Below the pieces are notes generated by a model, which was not told the origin of the DNA, did not search any database, and saw nothing but the letters and a program-made list of their open reading frames with translations. A stretch of DNA of 64,000 nt, from contig JBHGNT010000003.1 in NCBI GenBank assembly GCA_043228905.1, forward strand, positions 15,562,001 through 15,626,000, written 5' to 3'. Below are positions 35,107-47,800 of the stretch, one piece after another. A program made the translations under genes and the position numbers. The DNA is from Azolla caroliniana (Eukaryota > Plantae > Polypodiophyta). Within the stretch, counting starts at the first letter, position 1; each line of letters begins with the position of its first letter.

Positions 35107-38100
35107 TGTGGTGTCCCTTGGATGCAAGTGCATGCCTTCATGTTGGGTGTGCATGTGTTCCTTTGTGCCCCTTTTAGCATACCCTTGTTCGGACAGATGT
35201 AGCTAAGTAGAGCCAACCCAAATGGGTACCTTTGTACGACTATAAATTGAATAGGAAGTAAGAAGCTAAGCAGGCTGGTTTTGGATTCCATTTATGTGCA
35301 TTTCACATAATTGGTGGAGAAGCAGGGTAAAATTTTAGCCACTATCACCTCGTTCATGGCGTCCCAATTCCCTCCCGTCGTCATCGAAGTCGATACCCCT
35401 ATGCAAGCTGAGTTCATTGACGTCCAAAACGTGTAGATGCAAACTCGCCGAAACCTTCCTAATCGCGATGCCCAAGGACGCCCGAAGTGATTCTACTGCC
35501 ACAATTATGGACACGTCCGACGTTATTGCCGGAAATTGCAGCAACAATCTCACAAGCAGCAAGCCCAGATAACCATGGCTGACGCCGCATTGTTGGTTGA
35601 GCTTCCGGGAAACTAACTTCCGGGGTATTGATGGAAGAGCCATCCCCCCACGTCCAAGCGTCCGCCTCTTCTAGTTCACAGGTATGCACCGCTCTCGCCA
35701 CCATTAATCACTCCACACACACCATCCTATTAAACTCTGGTAGTAGTATCTCTTCAATTAGCACCGCCTTAGTTCACCAATTGGCCTCCCCACAACCACC
35801 GCTCCTTCCATCCATGTCCTTTTTGGCAATCACCAACATCTATACCACTCTCGCACGCAAGCCCATTGCACCGTTACCTTAGGCACTCTCACATTCTCAC
35901 ACCACTTTTATGTCTTGCCCCACCAACTCTTCCCCCTCACCTTAGGCTGCGATTGGCTCCTCAAGCGTCGCGCTATGATTGATTTCGATGCTCACAAACT
36001 GATTGTCCCACAAGCTCCCCCTATCCCCCTCCTACACGATAGCCCCCATGTCCCCCACCTCAGCCAAGTCCAGGTGGCCCTCAGTCCCAAGGAGCAGTTA
36101 GTCTCTATCCGCCAATTGTTAGCTCGTTTTCTGTCACTAGCCCCCCAACCCACGCATGCCGCTACTGTTTCTTTCCCGGTACAACATGTCATTCGTACCG
36201 GGGATGCCGCTCCCATCCGCATGGCTACATGCCGACGTTCCCCCCTCGACCACGATCGCATCGATGTTGTCGTCACCGATATGCTCACCAAAGGTATTAT
36301 CATCCCTTCCACCAGCGATTGGGTTTCGGAACCCCACCTCGTCAAGAAGGATGATGGCACCTTCCGCTTTTGCATCGACTTTAGGCCTCTCAACAAAGTG
36401 ACGATCCATGACCGCTACATGCTTCCTCGCGTGGACGACCTCTTGGACCAGCTCAGGGGCTCCCATTATTTCACCTCCCTTGACTTAGCCTCGGGATATT
36501 GGCAGATCCCCTTAAAGCTGTCTAACACCCACAAGACCGCATTCCGCACACGACGCGGCTTGTTCTAGTTTACCCGCATGCCGTTTGGCATGTCTGACGC
36601 CGGCAACACATTCCAACGCATGGAAAACTCCATCTTTGCCGACCTTATCAGTAAAGACGTCCTCCTTGTTTATCTCGACGACATCCTTATCCATATGACC
36701 ACTTGGGAGGATCATCTACAAACTCTCGCTGAAGTCCTCGCTTGCATAACTAAGCATAACTTCCAACTCCAATGGAAGAAGTGTCGATGGGGAAGCACCA
36801 GCCTCCGTTTTCTCAGCTTCATCATCTCTGGCGATGGAATCCGTATGGACCCTGCAAAGGTAGCTACCATCACCGACTACCCCCGCCCCACCTCAATAAA
36901 AACATTGCAACGTTTTTTGGGCATGATCACCTTTTCCCTTCCCTTCATCCCGAACCTCGCCTTGGTCACTTTCCCCCTCCGTCATCTCCTGAAGAAAGGT
37001 GTGTCATTTGTTTGGGATCCTGCTTGTGAAGACAACTTTCGTCGCCTCAAAACAATGGTCCAGGAATCAGGGTTGCTCGCCCATCCTAACTTTGACCAGC
37101 CGTTTACGTTGCAAACAGATGCCTCTAACCATGGGTTAGGAGCCGTCCTCCTGCAAACCGATTGCCACAGGCAAGAGAAGGCGGTCGCCTTCATTAGCCG
37201 AACTCTCACGCCGGCTGAACGGAACTACTCAACCACTGAGAAGGAACTACTTGTGATCGTCTGGTCTTTCCAGCGTCTTCACCCATACCTTCATGGCGGG
37301 CAGGTTACGGTTGAGATTGACCACCAGTCCTTACTTTCTCTGATTCATCGACCTCACCCCCCGGGCCGCTTGTTGCGATGGACATTGGCACTTCAAGATT
37401 ATCAGTTTACCCTCTCGTACTGAAAAGGTGTAACCAATTTGGTCGTCGATAGTCTCTCTAGCGCCGATTTCCAAGCTGTCCAATTTCTACCCGTGGCGTC
37501 TGACCTTCCACTGCCACTACCACAACTCGCTACACTTCAGCAACACGACCCCGCCATCCGAGAGATAACCCATCAGTTGTGCTCCCTCCAACCATTTCCC
37601 TCACAACAACGGTTCATGCTCCGCGATAACTTGGTGTTCTTCATTCAGGCGCATCACGAGCCACGTCTCTACATCCCTCATGCCCTATAACAGACGTATC
37701 TCCAATTTTATTACAACCACCCATTGTCGGGTCATCTAGGTTTCCACAAGGTTCTTGAAAAATTACGTCTCAAGTATTATTGGCCCAACATGCGACACTC
37801 TGTCTCTACCTACATCAACCAATGTGCTTTGTGTCAACACATCAAACCTGCGAGTAGGCCCGCCAGAACGCTCCAACGCATCACCATCACATCGCCTTTC
37901 GAGCTCGTTGGATGGGATTTCATGGGACCTTTTCCTGAAACCCCCAGTGGCAACAAGTATATCCCGGTCATAATAGAATACCTCACCAGATGGGCTGAAA
38001 CTGTTGCCATCCTTGACGTCACTGCGCCAACAATCGCATCCCAACTTTTGCACAAGGTAATTTTTCAACATGGTTGCCCTGTCCAACTCTTATCTAATCA

Positions 38101-39007
38101 GGGCCGCCAGTTCCATGGGGACGTCCTCAACGCGGTTGCAACTCAACTAGGTGTCCAGCAAGTGTTTACATCCCCGTACCATCCGCAAACAAACGGTCTC
38201 ACCGAACGCCTCAACAAGACCCTCAAGTAGGAGATTGCCGCTTACATCGATCCAGGCCACAAAACCTGGGATCAAATATTGCCTTTCATCACCCACGCCT
38301 ACAATACATCCGTTCAAGCGTGAACACGAATCAGCCCTTTTCATGCACTCTATGGGCGTGACCCTCGGCTCCCACCAGAACCGTCCATTGACGTCCATTC
38401 TAAACCTACCAACATGGATGGTGCCACTTGGGGGCTCTATCTCCAACAACTGCTACCTCTCCTTCGACAAGCACGCTCTTGAAACCTACAAGTCGCACAA
38501 CAACGCCAAAAGCGACACTGGGACGTGGGTCGAATTACCCCGACTTATGATGATGGAACCAAAGTCCTTGTTTACTTCCCGGTCCGGCTGCGCGGTCTCA
38601 GCAAATCACTCATGCACCGATGGATCGGCCCATTCACCGTGGTTCGTGCAATGAAATCCACGACTTACTTGCTCTGACGCGATTCCAATGGTCGCTTCAC
38701 CTCCGCCCATGTTGCCCGCATCAAGCCCTATGCTACCCCAAGCCCATCTTCTAGCGCTCGTCCTTTCCCCATGTCGTAACAATCCTTGTTTCTCTCAGGG
38801 GGGAAATGTGGTGTCCCTTGGATGCAAGTGCATGCCTTCATGTTGGGTGTGCATATGTTCCTTTACACCCCTTTTAGCATACCCTTGTTAGGATGCATGT
38901 GGCTAAGTAGAGCCAACCCAAATGGGTACCTTTGTATGACTATCAATTGAATAAGAAGTAAGAAGCTAAGCAGGCTGGTTTTGGATTCCATTTATGTGCA
39001 TTTCACA
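35107..39007 (+). mobile_element. Non-chromovirus Ty3/gypsy element with 201-bp LTRs, degenerate
   Basis: LTRs at 35107-35307 and 38807-39007. PBS TGGTGGAGAAGCAGGG (tRNA-Ala-like); PPT AGGGGGGAAA. Motifs LTLGCDWL, FCIDFRPLN, VYLDDILI, QTDAS, GHLG...CALC, RWIGPF; no chromodomain. Flanked by ATAT on both sides. Confidence 0.92.
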
Positions 39008-39799
39008 ATATATACATACAAAACACAAAAAAATAAATTACATATTATATACATAGACTGACATATTTGCATTCGTGGGGCATGTCCCACAAATTCATAC
39101 GAATAGGAATACGAATGCCTGTAAATGTAATCGTTTTCTTTTCTTTTTTGAATCTTTAAAAAAGAATAAAAAATAAAAAACTATCTTTTTTCCTGAGAGC
39201 GAGTGAACGAAGAATGAGTTGTGAGCAAGGAAGCCTCACCCTACTCCTTGTGCGTGTTGCCCTCACTTTCCTCTGCATCTTGTTCTCGGCCAAGAAATTA
39301 GGGTTTCGGCTGAAAACCCTAATTTCTGTCATAATCCTAATTCGACAGTATTTCTTTCTTTTTAGCCCGCGTCCTTGACTCCCTCTCATGCTCTATTCTA
39401 ATCCTAGATCTTGTTCCCTGCTGCAAACTCAAGCTTTCACTAAAAACCCTAAGTTTAGTAGAAGCCCTAAATAATTAATTATTAATTAATTAACTAATAT
39501 TTTTCAATGAATTAATTAATTTTATAATGAATTAAGATATGTATTAGTAAATTAATTAATGTATAGTGAATCAATTAATGTTTAAGTGAATTTTTTAATT
39601 ATTATATTAGTGAGTTAATTATTTATTGATGTATGTGTGTATATGCATATATGAGTGATAACTGATATATTTGTGTGTATATGTATATATCATATATGTA
39701 TTTATGTACATGTATATGTAAACGAATGGGTTTATAATATTCTTGGGGCCGTTTTATATTTTCGAATATCGCGAATATTATGGGTGTCAAATACCACAT

Positions 39800-41898
39800 A
39801 TATTACACATGGGTCAATCTATGATTATATATATACACATACAACTACATATTAATACCTAAGATTACATATTATATGTATACAAATCTTCATAGTTACA
39901 TATATTACATATATATACACGTGCGCACACACACATAAATAAATTAGATATTACATAGCATATAATCTATACCTATTACACAATAGACAAATTTACACAT
40001 ACATAAATTACATATATAGATAGCAATGGGCCCGGTTCGGTTCGGTTTCTTGGCCTTGAAACCAAACCAAACCATTTATTAATAATAAAAACCGAACCAA
40101 ACTATTTTAAAATTTATGAAGCCATTTAAACCAAACCGTTTAAAGAATAGGAGAAACCAAATCTTTTACGAAAAATGTAAAACCAAACCAAACCGGTTTA
40201 TCATAAATCAAAACAAAACCAAACCAAACCATTTTTTATTGATATTAATCATCATACTTATTATAAATTATCATAAATTTATTCATCATACTCATCATAA
40301 ATTTTGTCATAATACTTATTATAACATTTGTCATCATACTTATCATAAATTTGGTCATCATACTGATCATAAATTTGATCATTATACTTATCATAAATTT
40401 GATCATCATACTTATCATAATTTATCATCATAAATGAAAAGGAGACTCTATATATAATACATATAAAATTTAATAACTTAAAATAAGAGTTTAAAATTAA
40501 AACTTGAAAGTTAGAGCCTATAGAGAATATTTATGAGTATTTTTTAACCTATAAACCTTTAAACTGAACCATATAAACAAAAACTGATAAACCGGTAAAA
40601 TTCAAAACTGAACCGAATCAAACTGAAACCGATTAGTAACATTTGAAACCAAACCAAACCGTTTATTTATGTTTGAACCTATAAACCATTAAGCCACGGT
40701 TTTTCGGTTCGGTTCGGTTTGAGCCGAAATCGGGCCCATTGCTATATATAGATATATACATATGTAAATACATATTCCAAATATCACCATATATATAGAT
40801 TATAGCTGACCATACAAGCCACGATACTTACATATATACATACACACACACACACATTAGGTATATGTATACTTACACATACATTGGATATATACATGCA
40901 TATTACGTACATATTACAAACATATATCCATATATGAGCCATATACATACTAAACATGAAAATATCCCAAAAATATGCATACATAAATACATTACATATA
41001 TACGCATACATACATTCACACATTTACACACATATACATACATTGGATATATACATACATATTATGCGCATATTACAAACACATTCATACTCATTGAATC
41101 ATGTAAATTGACATATACCTATATGCATACACATACATACATACATATTCCACATATCACCATATATATATATACATATGCCTACAATGTTATAAGTTTT
41201 ACCAACATACATCCATACACATATATACATACATTATATGCATGCATAGACATAAATATGTTACATACACATACATACATACATTATATATGTACATACA
41301 TATCATCACAAACTAAAATACATACATATATACATAAATATTACGAACAAACATCCACACACTCATCTATGCATATATGCATACACTGTTACACATACAA
41401 ACATATATACATTACATATTACATATATACATTACATATTACATATATACACATATGTACATTCATGCATGTACATACATACATTGCATATGCATATATT
41501 ACAATAACACATTCATATATGTTGAATCATGTACATTGACATATGGATATATGCATACACATATGTACATTCGTACATGGACATACATATATTCATTTAT
41601 ACATTGCTACATATACATACAATATATACATTAGATGTATACATAGATATTATGCACATATTACAATCACACATCCATATACATTGAATCATGTACATTT
41701 ACATATGCATATATGCATACACATATGTACATTCGTACATGAATGTTTGAATGTTATGTTTGGTATGAATGTATGTATGTGTGTATGTATGCGTACGTAA
41801 TGTATGCATGTATGAATGAATGAATGAATATATGAATGTACATATATGTAATATGTAATGTATGTATATTTGTATGTGTATGCATATATGTGTGTGTG
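39800..41898. repeat. Degenerate (TACA/TATA)-rich low-complexity tract; similar tracts at ~34800-35106, 50715-50968, 58820-58930 and 63494-64000
   Basis: Composition directly visible; strand polarity flips near 41740; the His/Thr/Tyr/Ile-rich ORFs here are artefacts. Confidence 0.85.
40021..40744. mobile_element. hAT-superfamily MITE
   Basis: 14-bp TIR TAGCAATGGGCCCG...CGGGCCCATTGCTA; 8-bp TSD TATATAGA (40013-40020 / 40745-40752); AAACC/GAACC subterminal motifs; internal 21-bp ATCATAAATTT repeats. Confidence 0.92.
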
Positions 41899-44800
41899 GA
41901 GGTTGAAAATGCCAATAAGGAGTACCATAGTTGGTTGTCATGAATGGAGTAGCTTTCCATATAGTGATAAAATCATGCCGTTGAGCAATTTTAGCATCAG
42001 AATCTCCAACAATACCATCCCATTGCCCCTTCAAAGTATGAACTATGTCTAACCAAATATTTGAAACCAATTCAGCCGGTGGTGTTTTAAGTTGATGGAA
42101 AATAAGAGAGCACCTAACCTTCCAAATGTGATATATAGTGGTACTACTCAATATCTCCCATACTGGTTGGACTTCCTTTCGTGTTCCTATAAACTGTGAT
42201 GACAACAATGGTACTATATGAACACTTCCAGATTTAGTGTAAAATCCATGGTGCATAGATTCGGTGTCATAATGAAATGCATCACGAACAAGAGATGTCC
42301 AAACCACCATGCCCCAAGTGAAAACCAATGGGGGGAAATAGTTAGCAAAAATTCTAAGGAGACGTTGCCATATCAATTGAGACTTAGTACATTCTCATAA
42401 ACAATGTTTTTGAGTTTCCATTTGTAAATGACATCGTGCATAGGTAGAATCTACTCCCATCCTATGCATCCATGTGCTAATCGGCAAGGCTCGGTGTACC
42501 AATAACCACTGTACATGCAATATTTGATGCGGTTGCTTTCTTGCCCATAATACCACCCAGAAGTTTGCAAGGAATTGGGGAGTAATACCTTGTTGATTCC
42601 AACATTGAAATGCAACTGGTATCACATCTCGTGTATCTGAAAGCACATGTCTTCCTAACTGTATAGAATATTGGAAGAAATTAAACTTGTTACCCGTAAA
42701 AGGATCTGTCCACTGATAATCAAGTGGATCCTATTCTAACCTGAATACCGGTTTTTTAGCCAACACCCACAACTTCGAATGTGTCTTTATTTCCTCAATC
42801 ATTGGATCAATATACCATTTCCGGTTAGCATATCCGATGACTCTTATCTTGTGTTCCATAGCATAATGGTAATCTGTCCTCATTTCCCCCGACTGTGTCA
42901 ATTGGTTTGCTTCATCCACCTCAAAAGATCGGTAGGTCTTATCATCTGAATATCCCTTAATAGCCAAGAGTACTTCCAATCTTGAATAAACCCCAACCCA
43001 TTTGTGGTTAGAGTTATTGGGTGGAATGGGGAATCTACTCATATCATCTTGAATTTGTTGATACATTTGTTGTCCAGCATGCATACTACCTAGGATTTCC
43101 TTTTGTTCGTCCCATGAACGTGATAAAAATGTTGCCATGTCTAAACTGTTTTTGCAGGACCTTCTGTCATTTTTCCCCATGATAACCATTGTCTCGAACC
43201 CAACACTAAACCATTTGATGTTGTAAACAACGGATTCTAGACTATCCTTTGTCTGAGATACTCAAGATAATGTTTGGGTTTAGGTTTATTGTGAAGCAAA
43301 CCAGGTAATACTTGTTTCCATGCTAAAAATAATGTTCTAATAAACTTGTCTTCCCACTTGTTAATTGTAGGTACTTTGAAATTTTCCCTAAATATCCAAT
43401 TTACATCCTTAGACCAAGGGGCACCTAATTGTGGAGAGCAATCTGAACAACGGTCAAGCAATAGTACTTTCCATATCTCTTTCCCCGACGTAAATCCTCT
43501 CATGAGCAACTTACTTAATAAAGCTCTTGATTGGTCTACTAGATCAATAATACCTAGTCCCCCTTTAGAGCGAGGTAAGGTAATAACATCCCATTTTACT
43601 TTAGACCGAGCATTCCCTTCCGATTTGCCGGACCATAGAAAATTACGAATCAATCTACATTTTCAGAATACATGACTTGGAGAATATCCAACATGACAAA
43701 ACATACCATGTTGAAGCCAATAAAACCTTATTGGCAACTACAATTCGACCAGCAAAAGAAAACTTGGCTGAACTCCATAATAACAAATTTTGCCTCAATG
43801 ACAATAGGAGGGGAGCCACTTGATTTTCCATCGAAAGATCAATACCTATAGTAAATCCTAGGTACCGAACTGGGCAACCTGATGGTATGCATCAAAATTG
43901 CAGATGTGGATTCCATAACGGAGGATTTACATCTCCCACTCAAAATGCAAAGGACTTGTTCCAATTAACCAATGCACCTGAAGCCTTACAGAATGTGGAT
44001 ATGGCCACTTCTGTTTTTGCAAATTTTCCAAATCACCTTTCAAGTATAGGGCAGTGTCATTTGCAAATTCAGCATCCCTTACGTCTATATGTGAGAGTGG
44101 AATGTATAGTCTGTCCGTGTATACCAATATCAACAGCATTGAAAAAGGAAATCATTGCCTCAGCAAAAAACATAAACTGGAAGGGAACCAATGGACAACC
44201 CTGACGAACTGATCGAGAAATATAAAACAGAGGACCATTATAATCTCCAACCAACAAGACTCGACTTTGTGTAGCATTATATAATGAGGAAATACCTCTT
44301 ATACATTCTTTTGAGAACCCAAAGCAAGTCAAAACACCGGGTCATTTGAAACAGGTAATATGTCGCATTATGAGAACACTACGTCGAAAAAGGGCACAAA
44401 AGCACGCAGTTTTCAAAAAGACACGACGCATGCGTAAAGCTTTTCAGAAAAGGTGGCAAAATATATTGAATTTCAACATGACTACCACTTTGAGGCATAA
44501 GTAAAATGCCTCCAAAAATACATCACCAAAATTACAAAATAATGTACAACATGTCTACCAGTTACAATTATACATATTCGTGAGTTTACATCCAAAACAA
44601 ATTTACAAAGTTTCCGATCATGTAGTAAAACAATCCCCAGCTTGAACCAAACCAATATGTTAAGACATGTCTGATGGACTAGAAGAGCATTCTGACGTCT
44701 CATCCTCATCATCAGTGGCAATCAAAGCATTATCCTCATCCAATTCCAACCCAACATCTTTGTGGTTATGAGAATTGCTTCTGGTTATTCTCTGTATTTC

Positions 44801-47800
44801 GTTTGACACCATGTTTGGGATTTTCTCCTTAAAGATTCCTTAAAGATTCCTTTCCTCAACACATAGAATTTTTATTTTTTTTGTACAACGAACTTGGAAA
44901 GCAATTCTGAAAGGCAGGACCTTCAACGGAAATCCATTGCACTGCATCGGATTTTCGCTGAAGGTCTTGCCTTTCAACCAAAATCCGATGCACTGCATCG
45001 GATTTTGGTTGAAAGTCATGCAAATCCGATGCAGTGCAACGGATTTGCGTTGAAAAAAATGTTGTTTTTGCGATAAAAAACTATCGCATGGGACCATAAA
45101 ATTGACGTAATTTAGATGATAATTTGCGTGATTTAGATAAAATTGTACGTTGTTTCTATGTTTTCACTAACGTTTTTAATTTCAGTGAACCCAAACAAAA
45201 AGTTCCTTCATTTAGATTGAAGATTCGATCTCCGACAAAACGAGATTCTGGCTCCTTCATCAAGGACACGAGTAAAAAGATTTTATTTGACTCAACGGGG
45301 AAGGAGGATCCAAGTCATCTATGGCTACTACCAAAATCAACAAAGGTAGTACGCAAGAGGAGAAAACGGTTGAGGTGAAATATAAGGATTACCCCGAACT
45401 TGAATGGTGTCTCTCCTATGTCGAGGAGGATGGGGTGCTGTTATTGATAACAGCAAAATCGGACGGGAATTTTGAGGCATAATGTTCACCATCACTTCAT
45501 ATTATATTTGTATATGAGAACATCTGTAATTGTTTATCGTTTAATTAAATTCACCTGTTCATAATTTCCCTTTTTAATCATTATTGGAACCGTAGTTTGT
45601 ATTTACATATAATTGGTCACCATGCTCTTCTTCAGTTTGAGATATTAACATGATATTGTAATTTCTCATTTCCGTTAGCATGACTGTATATGAAAAGGCG
45701 AATGTTTTTGATAATAAGAGGTTTTTAGTTACCTACGGTTCAAGTCTACTGGTTCCACATAGTATAAATGAATGTCGTACGTAGTTGTTACTCTTACCAA
45801 TTACATTGTCATGAACTATATGACATTATACAATGAAACTATCGATATACCCGTCCAACAAGTGGGGTACTACTTTATTCCTAAACCCAAAACCACATAT
45901 TTATAATTACGGTTTATGTAGTTTTACTCTACAATTTGAATATGGATACCAATTTTAGAACATTATATTGAACCAAGTCTTCAATTGTGCTCCATGATAT
46001 GCAAATTGACACAAATGTGGACACATATACAATTTAGTAATTGCTAGGTTTTTTTTGTTCTATATTTAACCATCAAGTCGCAAAAGGGGTACACATGCAT
46101 CGTATATTTTCGATATCGGGCTAAAATAGGGTACTTTTCTACATCTGGCCAACTATGCCAAAAGAGATTACGACATATTACCTGTTTCAAATGACCCGGT
46201 GTTTCAATGCTCTTTGTAAAAATTCCAGTCAACACAATCATAGGCTTTCTCAAAATCAAGCATAACAATGGCCAACTTTTGATTAGATTTGGCTGCCAAG
46301 GCCATAGATTCCCAAAATGTGTAAACATTATCCAAAATACTTCTTTCTCGAATGAATCCTATTTGAGTCACATGTATAACTGTAGGTATTATGGTACTAA
46401 GTCGTATACTAATTGCTTTAGCCAAAATTTTATACATTGTATTTAGTAGTGTAATCGGCTGCCATTTCTTGATGTCAAGTGAAGGACCGTCTGATTTAGG
46501 TATAAGATAAATTAATCCTTCTATAAACTGGGAAGGCATATTGCCCTCTCGAAGAATTTGCTGAAATGTTGTGCATAAATATGCTTTGAATACGTCCCAA
46601 TATTTAATAAAGAATGTTGGGGTTAGACCATCCACATCTGGACAACAATTTTTAGGCAAAGCTTGAAGTGCTCCAGTCAATTCATCACATGTAAGAACAT
46701 CCTGAAGACGTACATTCATATCTTGTGTTATTCTTGAATTCAACTTATTCCATACATATGACCGACATAATAATTCTTCATCGAAGAAGCAAACAGCTGA
46801 TAGTAGGTTAGAATAGTAGCGTGTGGCTATTTCCCTCATTACTTGAGGGTCAGATGAGATGGTCCCATTCTCATGTTGTAGTTGTTTGATTGAAACCGCA
46901 TTATAATTAGGTCTCGTTGCATGAAAAAACTCAATTGTACATTTGTCACCCGTTTGAGTCCAATTAGCTATCCTACGATGATATTGAAATTCTACATGCT
47001 TTTCTAATAGTTCAGCAAGTTCTTGTTTTGTTGACTCAAGTTTCTCAGCAATCCAAGTACAATGTCGATAACGTTCTTGTAACCGTTGCAAAGAAACCAG
47101 AAAAGTACGAGACCTTTTCTCCTTTTCTTTCATCATAAGAAACCTTTCCTTAGATTTACACCTAAAAAATTCTGAAATACTTCGTAAGCCATTAGCTACC
47201 CGCATAATCATTGATTCTTGCCTAACATCTTTTGGCGACCATAAATCAATCACATGTAATGAAAAACTATTGTTTAACAACAGATTTTCAGGAATCTTCA
47301 GATTGAAAAATTCTTTATTCTTTTGAGTTGAGACTGAAAGAATAATTGGAGTATGATCAGAAAAGGTAGTTCCTAACATTATATGCACCGTACCAGTTGT
47401 TGAAAGAAATTTGCCAGATAAGTAAAATCTTTCTAAGCGAGCTAGATTAGTACCATTTACTCGCCTATCTGATCTTGAAAACGAAAGTGAGGTGTTTGTA
47501 CGAACCATGGAAGGAGCATGCCAAGCGTCTAACATTTGTAAGGAAAACACCAATTGTTCCCACATCGCTAATTCATGGCCATGTATCGTGATTGAGCTAC
47601 CTCCCATTCTATCGATGGGATCCTCAAGCATATTGAAATCACCAGCAATACACCAATGATCAAGAGAAGGAAATTTATTTAATAAATCTTTCCAAAATTG
47701 TTGCTGAGCCGACGCAGTATTGGCAGCATATATATTTAAAAGTCCCCATGTAATCTCTTCCTCTTGTATAATAACAAATTGAGACCTTCCCGGAATAACC

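Noticed and set aside
39050-39795. Possible MITE or promoter-like island with telo-boxes (AAACCCTAA) and CGAAT motifs
   Set aside because: No convincing TIR pair or TSD could be defined by eye
40865-41960. His/Thr/Tyr/Ile- and Cys/Val/Met-rich ORFs, also at 34737-35066 and 63388-63993
   Set aside because: Translations of TACA/TGTA low-complexity DNA
44335-46201. CACTA/EnSpm assignment based on CACC...GGTG ends
   Set aside because: No 2-3-bp TSD at those positions (AA versus TT); extending by 2 bp gives a clean TCAA TSD and restores the host LINE peptide
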